From Anaeramoeba ignava BMAN (taxonomy: Eukaryota > Protista > Anaeramoebae): DNA of 64,000 bases. Location: assembly GCA_028826165.1 (NCBI GenBank), contig JAPDFW010000079.1:62001-126000 (forward strand), written 5' to 3'. The notes under the pieces were generated by a model. That model did not search any database. It saw only the letters and a program-made list of their open reading frames with translations, and was not told the DNA's origin. Below are positions 28,275 through 39,200 of this stretch, piece after piece (position 1 is the stretch's first letter; the number at the start of each line of letters is the position of its first letter). The position numbers and the translations under genes are program-made.

Positions 28275-28577
28275 TAATTGAAAAATTTTTTAATCAATTT
28301 TTTAATCAAAATTTTTTTTTTTTTGAAATAACTAGAAATAAAAATTGAACAGAAAGAAAGAAAGAAAAAAATAAAAAAAAAATAATAAAATGATCAATTC
28401 GATTATTTTTTCTTTTTAATGTTGGTAAAAAAATTTTTTTCCTTATATGATTTGTTGGAAAAATTTTTTTTCATTCTTTTTTTTATTTTTCTTTATTGAT
28501 TAAAAAAGAAATTTTAAAATGATAAAAAAAAATCTTTTCAATTTATTTTAATTTCTAATTATTAAATGTTTTTTTTT

Positions 28578-30523
28578 TCAAGAAAAAAAAGGAATTGAAC
28601 GAAGAATTGCAAACCATAAAAAAAATGAAGGAATCATTAAGAAATTTTGAATTATAATTTGAGTTGAATAAATTCCTGGTGAAAGATTATATCTATTTTA
28701 TATTTTTATATTTTTATATTTTTATATTTTTTTAAAATAAATTTATTAATAAAAAAAAGTGGAACAAGAAAAAATTTTTTTTTTTTGGATTGATTAAAAA
28801 TTTTTAAAATAAATACTGAGTAGATAATATATAACTCATCAAAGCTAATGGAAGACAAAAAGTAATAACTAAAATTTGACCTTCTTCTCCTTTTATACCA
28901 AGAATAAATGCAACTAAAAGAGCAACTGCTGGTGAAAAAATCATTCTCATAAAATAATAAATTATTAATTGTTTCCAAGAACAATCAATAATTTTTTTTT
29001 CAGCAGCAAATAATCCTAATGATATTAAAGCCAATGGAAAAACTGCACCAGCTAATATTTTTGGATTTTGATTTTAATTTTAATTTTAATTTTAATTTTG
29101 ATTTTGATTTTGATTTTAATTTTAATTTTGATTTTGATTTTGATTTTGATTTTAATTTTAATTTTGATTTTGATTTTGATTTTGATTTTAATTATTTTAC
29201 AAAGTGATTCAAGAATATTATTAAGTAAAGTAGGAAATGGTAATCCTGTCAATGAATAAATAATGCCTAATAATATTGAAATCATATATGCATTTAAAAA
29301 TATTTTTCGTAAAAGAATTTTGGTAAATTTGTTTTTGTTGAATTTTGAGTGTAAATTTTCTTCAAAATCTGAAATATATTTTGAAAAATCAATATCTTCT
29401 CCAAAATCATCTTGGTTTGATTTTTCAGACATATCTAATGTTTCAAATCCTTGGCTTGTAAGTTCAATTTCTTCAAAATTATCAATTTTTATATCATCAT
29501 TAAATTGATTATTTTCATTTTGAATTTTATTTTGAATTTGATTTTGATTTTCATTTTGATTTTGATTTTGATTTTGATTTTGATTTTGATTTTGATTTTG
29601 ATTTTGATTTTGATTTTGATTTTCATTTTGATTTTGGTTTGATTTTCATTTTGATTTTGATTTTGATTTTCAATTTGATTTTGATTTTGATTTTCATTTT
29701 GATTTTCAATTTGATTTTGATTTCGATTTTGATTTTGATTTTGATTTTGATTTTGATTTTGATTTTGATTTTGATTTTCATTTTCATTTTGATTTTGATT
29801 TTCTTGTGATTTTTCTTTTCTTAATTCTAGTATTTCTAAAAGAATAACAACTAAAATAAGAACAGAAATTGCTCCACAAAAATTTGCAATAACTGGATAA
29901 ATTAAATATTTTTCTCCAAATAAAGCTTTCATAACAGGAACACCAAAAATAATATAATTTATAAAAGTAATTGCTAAAATATTTTCAATCACATTTTCTA
30001 ATGTAAATTTTTGGAATATTTTTGTTCCAATTATAGAAATTATTGTTACTATTTTTATTCAAATTTTTTTGATTTATGAAAAAATTATTATTTCTTGTTT
30101 CAATTTTGCTTTGATTAAATTTAGTAACTTTTTACAAATAACAAGAACTAAAAAATCTGCACCAAACCAAGTCCAATTAAATGTTTCACTAAATTTGATT
30201 TTAATTTTAATTTTGATTTTGATTTTGATTTTAATTTTGATTTTAATTTTGATTTTGATTTTGATTTAAATTTTAATTTTGATTTTGATTTTGAATTTAA
30301 TTTTGATTTTGAATTTGAATTTTAATTTTAATTTTAATTACAATTTTTGTTTTGCTGTAACTTGAAATAAAAGAGCAGGAATTAACAATTTGAAAACTAA
30401 AGTATTAAAAGTTGGACCATTTTTTGTTGGAATCCATTTTAATTTTCCAGAAATAAAAGAAATTATAGAAAGTGCTAAAATTAAAATACCAATATAAATT
30501 AAATTTTCAACTAAATTACTCAT
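28578..30523 (-). CDS. PIN/auxin-efflux-carrier family transporter, paralog B; exons 30523-30342, 30188-30136, 30048-29201, 29051-28817, 28692-28578
   Basis: Same exon structure as paralog A. One frameshift inside the NQ repeat near 29640. Confidence 0.75.
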
Positions 30524-30623
30524 AAGAAATAGTAAAGAAATCAAATGAAAAAAATGAAAAAAATTTTCAAATAAAAAAAATTTTTTTTTTCTCAAAATAT
30601 TAATCATTTCCCTTTTCTTTCTT

Positions 30624-31392
30624 AAATTGGAAATAAATTGATTTAAATTGGAAATAAATTGGAAATAAATTGATTTAAATTGGAAATAAATTGAAAATAA
30701 ATTGAAATAAATTGGAAATAAATTGAAATAAATTGAAATAAATTGATTTAAATTGATTTAAATTGGAAATAAATTGAAATAAATTGATTTAAATTGATTT
30801 AAATTGATTTAAATTGAAATAAATTGGAAATAAATTGAAATTGATTTAAATTGGAAATAAATTGAAATAAATTGATTTAAATTGGAAATAAATTGATTTA
30901 AATTGGAAATAAATTGATTTAAATTGATATAAATTGATTTAAATTGATTTAAATTGAAATAAATGGGAATAAATTGATTTAAATTGAAATAAATTGATTT
31001 AAATTGGAAATAAATTGAAATAAATTGAAATAAATTGAAATAAATTGATTTAAATTGATTTAAATTGATTTAAATTGATTTAAATTGATTTAAATTGGAA
31101 ATAAATTAAAATAAATTGAAATTGGAAATAAATTGGAAATAAATTGATTTAAATTGAAATAAATTGAAATAAATTGAATTAAATTGGAAATAAATTGAAA
31201 TAAATTGAAATAAATTGGAATAAATTGAAATAAATTGAAATAAATTGAAATAAATTGATTTAAATTGATTTAAATTGATTTAAATTGATTTAAATTGGAA
31301 ATAAATTGATTTAAATTGGAAATAAATTGAAATAAATTGAAATAAATTGATTTAAATTGATTTAAATTGATTTAAATTGGAAATAAATTGAA
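30624..31392. repeat. Tandem array of 10-11-bp units (AAATTGATTT, AAATTGAAAT, AAATTGGAAAT)
   Basis: Fills the divergent intergenic region between the PIN-like paralog B and OSTC. Confidence 0.9.
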
Positions 31393-31460
31393 AAAGAAAA
31401 AAAAAATTTGTAAAAAAAAAATTTCATTTTTTTCTTTTCAAAAAAAAAAAAATAAATAAA

Positions 31461-31905
31461 ATGGAAACAGTGGAAAATATTACACGACAATTACTGCGAC
31501 CATTTCGAGTTCCTCGAATCAAAATGCAATTAACACAACCACCGAAAATGTTTATATTTGGAGCAATTATGGTGACATTATTCATAATTTTTTCAGGAAT
31601 AGTTTACGATATGATCATCAATCCGCCATCAATGGGAACAGAGAGAATGTCTGATGGAAGTTTGCGCGCGATAGTGTTTTTAAAATATCACATAAACGGC
31701 CAGTATGTTCCTTGAAGGTGTTTATGCTTCTTTATTTATTATTCTTGGTTCTTTAGGAATTGTTTTAATTGATATTTCAACTAAAAAAAATGTCAAAATT
31801 GGTCCTTATTTCTTTTATCCTGGTGTCGCGCTTTTTGGTGGTTGTTATTTTATTGTCTATTCTTTTATCAAAATTAAACTTCCTCATTATTTAAATCAGG
31901 GTTAA
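31461..31905 (+). CDS. OSTC: Oligosaccharyltransferase complex subunit OSTC/DC2
   Basis: SGIVYDMIINPPSMG...INGQY(V/L)EG..ASLF..LGSLG...KLPHYL. One extra base near 31710 splits the ORF. Confidence 0.9.
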
Positions 31906-32020
31906 TTTCTTTAAGTTCATTTTTTTCTTTTTTCTTTTTTCTTTTCAAATTCTTTTCCTTTTCTTTTTTTCTTTCCAAAAAAAATAAACCAAATTTCATT
32001 TTAAAATTTAAAATTCAAAA

Positions 32021-32909
32021 TTCAATTTTGGAGAAATTGATTTATTAAATCAAATTGCTTATTTGTTTCCAAATTCTTTAAATGGTTTGAATATTGAGAA
32101 ATTAAATTTATCAACTTTTTCATTTCAAGGAGTTAATCAAATTCATAATAATGGAACAATTAAAAGGAATTGATTTTAATGAAGAAAAAGGAATTCTTTA
32201 TATTGGATATTTGAATAAAAATAATTTAAATTATGAAATTATTCAAATTAATGTTACTAATTTATCAATAATTAATAATTCAAGTTTTGGAAATGAAACT
32301 AATTTTATTGATATTAATATTGATGATATTTCAAATGAATATCTTTATTTACTTTATTCAAATATTTCTGATTCTAATTATTATCTTTCTAAAATTAATT
32401 TATCAAATATGAATATTATTAATTATTTTGATTTCGAAGATACATTTTTTGAATACTTTTTTGAAATGAATTATCAATATTTCTATTTCCAAAATTCAAG
32501 TAATAGTTTAATTTCAAGAATTAATTTAAGTAATATGATAATTATGAATGATTCATTAAATATTAGTTCATTTCAATTATATTCAACTTATCTTGAATTA
32601 AATGATAATTCAATAAATTTAATTGGTTCATTTCCTGATTCTATTGGTTATTTTAATCCAATATCTATTCTTCAAGTTAATTTAAGTTCAAATCAATTAA
32701 TTTCAAATTTATCAACAGAATATTCTTTTTCAAGTTTAATTAGTGAATATGATTCATCAAAATCAATTAATTATATTTTAAATAATGATCAAAAACCTTA
32801 TTCATTATATCAATTTAATCAACCAACTCCAACTCCAACTCCATCTTCAAGTCAACAAATTCTTTTCTCAATTTTAATTTACACAATAATAATTTTTGGA
32901 TTATTTTAA
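32021..32909 (+). pseudogene. 5'-truncated near-identical copy of the C-terminal ~40% of the adjacent surface-protein gene
   Basis: Matches ~34863-35770 plus the 3' flank. It lacks the signal peptide and promoter, has an extra base near 32161, and has a shorter PT linker. Confidence 0.75.
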
Positions 32910-33658
32910 TTTCTCTTTTTCTTTTTTCTTTTCTTTTTTCTTTTCTTTTCCTTTTTCTTTTCCTAATTTCTTTTCAGAAAAATAAAAAATAATCCAAAAT
33001 TCAAAATCAAAATCAAAATTAAAATCAAAATCAAAATTAAATTTAAAATCAAAATCAAAATTAAAATTAAAATTCAAATTCAAATTCAAATTCAAAATCA
33101 AAATCAAAATCAAAATTAAAATTAAAATTAAAATTCAAAATCAAAATCAAATTTAAATTTAAAAATTTTGAAACAAAATCAAAATTTAAAATTAAAATCA
33201 AAATTTTGAAAAATTTAAAAATAATTTTTCTTTTTTTTAAATTGAATTTTAATTTGATTTAAAATTTCAAAAAATTCAAAATAAATTTAAATCAAAATTC
33301 CAAAAAATTAATAAATAAATTTATAAATGAAATTTTCTTTAAATTATTTCCATTATTTTTTTTGATCTTTATTGAAAATAATTTAAAGAAAATTTCATTT
33401 ATTATTTTTATGTTTGATTATTTTTTGCCATCTTGATCAAAAAAAAAATAATGAAAATAAAAGAAAAAATAATTTTTTTTTTTGATTTTTCATTTCTTTT
33501 TTCATTAATCAAATTATTTGATTTGATTTGAAAGTTTAAATTTAAATAATTAAAGTAAATTTCTTTGATTTTCTTTGATTTGATTTTCTTTGGATTTGAT
33601 TTTCTTTGATTTATTGATTTGATTTAATTTTTATTTTCAAATAATAAATAGGCAAAAA

Positions 33659-35770
33659 ATGAAAAACAATTTTATTTCCTTTATTTGTTTGATTTCTTTT
33701 ATTTTGTTAGTTCAATCAAATGTTGAAATTGAAAAATTATTTCGTTTTCCTTTAGCAACAAATGGTCCATTTGATACTTTGATTGATAATGATGAAGGAT
33801 TTGTTTATTTGGTTGATTATATGAATACAGGAAATTCACAAAATTCCATTTTATTCAAATTTGATATGAATACTCTTGAATTGATTGATGCTCTTAATTT
33901 AGGAGTTATGTATGCTGAAGGTGCAGCTATTGATACTGTGAATAAATTTATTTATGCTGAAACATATGGTAATAATCCGATAGTTCAAATTGCCAAAGTT
34001 GATTTGAAAAAATTTGAAGTTGTTGATATTATTACATTAGATATTAGTGTTAGTTCCGGATCTTGGAAAGCTCAAATTGATATTATAAATCAAAAAGGTT
34101 ATTTTGGTTGTTATTATCCTCCTTTTGTTGTTAAAATTGATTTAACTACATTTACTCAAGAAGCAAATTTATCTCTTTCTCAAGTTTATATTGGAGATAT
34201 GATAATTGATATTCCAAATGGATTTTTATATGCTGTAACAGATTCTGATACAATGAATAATCAAACATTAAGTAAAATTGCATTATCAAATTTCAGTATA
34301 ATTGATACTCTTATATTAAATTCTTCAAGTGACTTACAAATTAATTTTGGAGGAATTTATAATTCAACACAAAAAATGTATTTAGCAACATATCAATCAC
34401 CAATGACTGTTGTAATAATTGATTTGATAAATTTTACAAAACAAGAAACTATTACTTTTCAAAATCTTTCAGAGTGTCATGGAATGGGAATTGATGAAAC
34501 TAATGAAATTGGTTATTTTGTTGATCAAAATGGAGTTATTGGAAAAATGAATTTAACAAATAACTCATTAATTGATACATTGAATACTACTAATGGTACT
34601 TCTAATGCTGATTCAATTGGATTTGATTTTGAAACTCAAAAAGCTTATGTTGCAACTGGTGGTGAATCACTTATTGAAATTGATTTATCTTTATTCCAAG
34701 TTGAAAATATCAATACAATGAAAGATTATTCAGATCCTAAATTATTTCTTATTGATGAATCTAATCAAATTGCTTATTTCCAATTTTTGAATTCAAGTAA
34801 TATTATTTTCAAATTTGATCTTGAATCACTTCAAATTATTGATAATTTAACTTCAATTTATCAATTTAATTTTGGAGAAATTGGTTTATTAAATCAAATT
34901 GTTTATTTGTTTCCAAATTCTTTAAATGGTTTGAATATTGAGAAATTAAATTTATCAACATTTTCATTTCAAGGAATTAATCAAATTCACAATAATGGAA
35001 CAATAAAAGGAATTGATTTTAATGAAGAAAAAGGAATTCTTTATATTGGATATTTGAATAAAAATAATTTAAATTATGAAATTATTCAAATTAATGTTAC
35101 TAATTTATCAATAATTAATAATTCAAGTTTTGGAAATGAAACTAATTTTATTAATATTAATATTGATGATATTTCAAATGAATATCTTTATTTACTTTAT
35201 TCAAATATTTCTGATTCTAATTATTATCTTTCTAAAATTAATTTATCAAATATGAATATTATTAATTATTTTGATTTCGAAGATACATTTTTTGAATACT
35301 TTTTTGAAATGAATTATCAATATTTCTATTTCCAAAATTCAAGTAATAATTTAATTTCAAGAATTAATTTAAGTAATATGATAATTATGAATGATTCATT
35401 AAATATTAGTTCATTTCAATTATATTCAACTTATCTTGAATTAAATGATAATTCAATAAATTTAATTGGTTCATTTCCTGATTCTATTGGTTATTTTAAT
35501 CCAATATCTATTCTTCAAGTTAATTTAAGTTCAAATCAATTAATTTCAAATTTATCAACAGAATATTCTTTTTCGAGTTTAATTAATGAATATGATTCAT
35601 CAAAATCAATTAATTATATTTTAAATAATGATCAAAAACCTTATTCATTATATCAATTTAATCAACCAACTCCAACTCCAACTCCATCTCCATCTCCAAC
35701 TCCATCTTCAAGTCAACAAATTCTTTTCTCAATTTTAATTTACACAATAATAATTTTTGGATTATTTTAA
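33659..35770 (+). CDS. Secreted/surface glycoprotein, probable beta-propeller repeats, putative GPI or C-terminal anchor
   Basis: Signal peptide, ~43-aa repeats with ID..n..aY and KIDL..F motifs, many N-x-S/T sites, PTPTPSPSPTPSS stalk and hydrophobic C-terminus. Intronless. Confidence 0.7.
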   Translation: MKNNFISFICLISFILLVQSNVEIEKLFRFPLATNGPFDTLIDNDEGFVYLVDYMNTGNSQNSILFKFDMNTLELIDALNLGVMYAEGAAIDTVNKFIYAETYGNNPIVQIAKVDLKKFEVVDIITLDISVSSGSWKAQIDIINQKGYFGCYYPPFVVKIDLTTFTQEANLSLSQVYIGDMIIDIPNGFLYAVTDSDTMNNQTLSKIALSNFSIIDTLILNSSSDLQINFGGIYNSTQKMYLATYQSPMTVVIIDLINFTKQETITFQNLSECHGMGIDETNEIGYFVDQNGVIGKMNLTNNSLIDTLNTTNGTSNADSIGFDFETQKAYVATGGESLIEIDLSLFQVENINTMKDYSDPKLFLIDESNQIAYFQFLNSSNIIFKFDLESLQIIDNLTSIYQFNFGEIGLLNQIVYLFPNSLNGLNIEKLNLSTFSFQGINQIHNNGTIKGIDFNEEKGILYIGYLNKNNLNYEIIQINVTNLSIINNSSFGNETNFININIDDISNEYLYLLYSNISDSNYYLSKINLSNMNIINYFDFEDTFFEYFFEMNYQYFYFQNSSNNLISRINLSNMIIMNDSLNISSFQLYSTYLELNDNSINLIGSFPDSIGYFNPISILQVNLSSNQLISNLSTEYSFSSLINEYDSSKSINYILNNDQKPYSLYQFNQPTPTPTPSPSPTPSSSQQILFSILIYTIIIFGLF

Positions 35771-36228
35771 TTTCTCTTTTCTTTTTTCTTTTCCTTTTCC
35801 TTTTCTTTTCTTTTCTTTTTCTTTTCCTAATTTCTTTTCAGAAAAATAAAAAATAATCCAAAATTCAAATCAAAATCAAATTCAAAATCAAAATTTAAAT
35901 TTAAAATCAAAATCAAAATCAAAATCAAAATCAAAATCAAAATCAAAATTTAATTCAAAATCAAAATTTAAAATCAAAATCAAAATCAAAATTAAAATTA
36001 AAATTAAAATCAAAATCAAAATTAAATTTAAAATCAAAATCAAAATCAAAATCAAAATTAAAATTAAAATTAAAATTAAAATCAAAATCAAAATCAAAAT
36101 AAAATTCAAAATTAAAATCAAAATCAAAATCAAAATCAAAATCAAAATTAAATTTAAAATCAAAATTAAAATTAAAATCAAAATTAAAATCAAAATCAAA
36201 ATCAAAATCAAAATCAAAATTAAAAAAT

Positions 36229-36265
36229 TTTTTTCATTTTTCATTTTTCATTTTTTCATTTTTTT
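36229..36265 (+). promoter_or_regulatory. Tandem TCATTT Initiator-like motif upstream of the kinase ATG
   Basis: Four TTTTCATTT copies 10-45 nt before ATG 36275. Confidence 0.45.
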
Positions 36266-36274
36266 ATTTTTTAA

Positions 36275-39200
36275 ATGAATTTTTTAAAGAAAATTGGATT
36301 AGTAAGCACAACACAAACAACTTCCAATCCAGAAATAGGAAAAAGCATAAAAATTGGGAAGAAAAACTTGAAAATCGATTCATTGATAGCAGAAGGAGGA
36401 TTTGGATTTGTATATCTAGCGAAAGACGAAGAAACAAATGAAGAATTTGCTTTAAAAAAAATGGCAGTTTCAAATAAAGAACAACTTATTTCAATTAAAC
36501 GTGAAGTTAAATTTCAAAAAAAATTCATTAAGCATAAGAACATTGTTAAACTTTATGACGCTATTTCTGTTAAAGAAGATCGAGGTGCAGATTTTGTTTA
36601 TATAATGATGGAGTTTTGTCCAGGTATTTAATTAATATTAATTATAATTTTATCATTGTTTTATAAAGAATTTAAATTTTTTAATTGTTTTTTTTTTATT
36701 TTAGGATCTCTTGTTTCTAAAATGAATTCTTTGTTAAAACAGGATAAAAAATTTACAGAAAAAGAAGCTTTAAAAATTTTTTATGATATTTGTAAAGGAG
36801 TTTATTATCTTCATAAATCAAATCCACCAGTTGCTCATCGAGATTTAAAAGTATAAATTAAATTATAAATAAAAATATAAATTAATTATAAATAAAATTA
36901 TAAATTAAATTATAAATAAAATTATAAATAAAATTATAAATAAAATTATAAATAAAATTATAAATTAAATTATAAATAAAATTATAAATTAAAATTATAA
37001 ATAAAATTATAAATTAAATTATAAATAAAATTATAAATAAAATTATAAATAAAATTATAAATTAAATTATAAATAAAATTATAAATAAAATTATAAATAA
37101 AATTATAAATAAAAATATAAATTAAATTATAAATAAAAATATAAATAAAATTATAAATAAAATTATAAATTAAATTATAAATAAAATTATAAATAAAATT
37201 ATAAATAAAATTATAAATAAAATTATAAATAAAATTATAAATAAAATTATAAATAAAATTATAAATAAAATTATAAATTAAATTATAAATAAAATTATAA
37301 ATAAAAATATAAATAAAATTATAAATAAAATTATAAATAAAATTATAAATTAAATTATAAATAAAATTATAAATAAAATTATAAATTAAATTATAAATTA
37401 AATTATAAATAAAATTATAAATAAAATTATAAATAAAATTATAAATAAAATTATAAATTAAATTATAAATTAAATTATTAATAAAATTATAAATAAAATT
37501 ATAAATTAAATTATAAATTAAAATTATAAATAAAATTATAAATAAAATTATAAATAAAATTATAAATAAAATTATAAATAAAATTATAAATAAAATTATA
37601 AATAAAATTATAAATAAAATTATAAATAAAATTATAAATAAAATTATAAATAAAATTATATAAAATTATAAATTAAATTATAAATTAAAATTATAAATAA
37701 AATTATAAATAAAATTATAAATAAAATTATAAATTAAATTATAAATAAAATTATAAATTAAATTATAAATAAAAATATAAATAAATTATAAATAAAATTA
37801 TAAATTAAATTATAAATAAAATTATAAATAAAATTATAAATAAAATTATAAATAAAATTATAAACAAAATTATAAATTAAATTATAAATAAAATAATAAA
37901 TAAAAATATAAATAAAATTATAAATAAAATTATAAATAAAATTATAAATAAAATAATAAATAAAATTATAAATTAAATTATAAATTAAATTATAAATTAA
38001 ATAATAAATAAAATAATAAATAAAATTATAAATTAAATTATAAATTAAATTATAAATAAAATTATAAATTAAATTATAAATTAAATTATAAAAATTTTTA
38101 GGTTGAAAATGTTTTAATTGGAAAAGATAAAATTTTTAAACTTTGTGATTTTGGAAGTGCGACTCAAAGAGTTTATACTTTAAAATCTCAACAAGAAAGA
38201 TATGAAGCTGAAGATGATATACAAAAAAATACCACTTTATCATATCGAGCACCAGAAATGATAGATTTATTTAGAAAACAAAAAATTAATGAAAAAGTTG
38301 ATATTTGGGCTTTAGGTAATTATAAATTAAATTATAAATAAAATTATAAATTAAATTATAAATAAAAATTATAAATTAAATAATAAATTAAATTATAAAT
38401 TAAATTATAAATAAAATTATAAATTAAATAATAAATTAAATTATAAATAAAATTATAAATAAAATTATAAATAAAAATTATAAATAAAATTATAAATAAA
38501 ATAATAAATTAAATTATAAATTAAATTATAAATAAAATTATAAATAAAATTATAAATTAAATTATAAATAAAAATTATAAATTAAATAATAAATTAAATA
38601 ATAAATTAAATTATAAATTAAATTATAAATTAAATAATAAATAAAATTATAAATTAAATTATAAATAAAATTATAAATAAAATTATAAATTAAATTATAA
38701 ATTAAATAATAAATAAAATTAAAAATTAAATTATAAATTAAATTATAAATAAAATTATAAAATAAAATTATAAATTAAATTATAAATTAAATTATAAATA
38801 AAATTATAAATTAAATTATAAATTAAATAATAAATAAAATTATAAATAAAATTATAAATAAAAATATAAATAAAATTATAAATAAAATTATAAATAAAAT
38901 TATAAATAAAATTATAAATTAAATTATAATTAAAATATAAATTAAATTATAAATTAAATTATAAATAAAATTATAAAATAAATTATAAATTAAATTATAA
39001 ATAATAAATAAAAATACTTTAGGTTGTGTTTTATATAAAATTCTGTTTTTTGAAGGTCCTTTTGAAGAAGGAAGTGAATTACAAATTCTTAATGAAAATT
39101 ATGAAATTCCTAAAAGTTCATATTCAAAAGAAACAATAAGTATGATTAAATGGCTTCTTAATTCAGATCCAGAATCTCGACCAGATATTTTTGATGTAAT

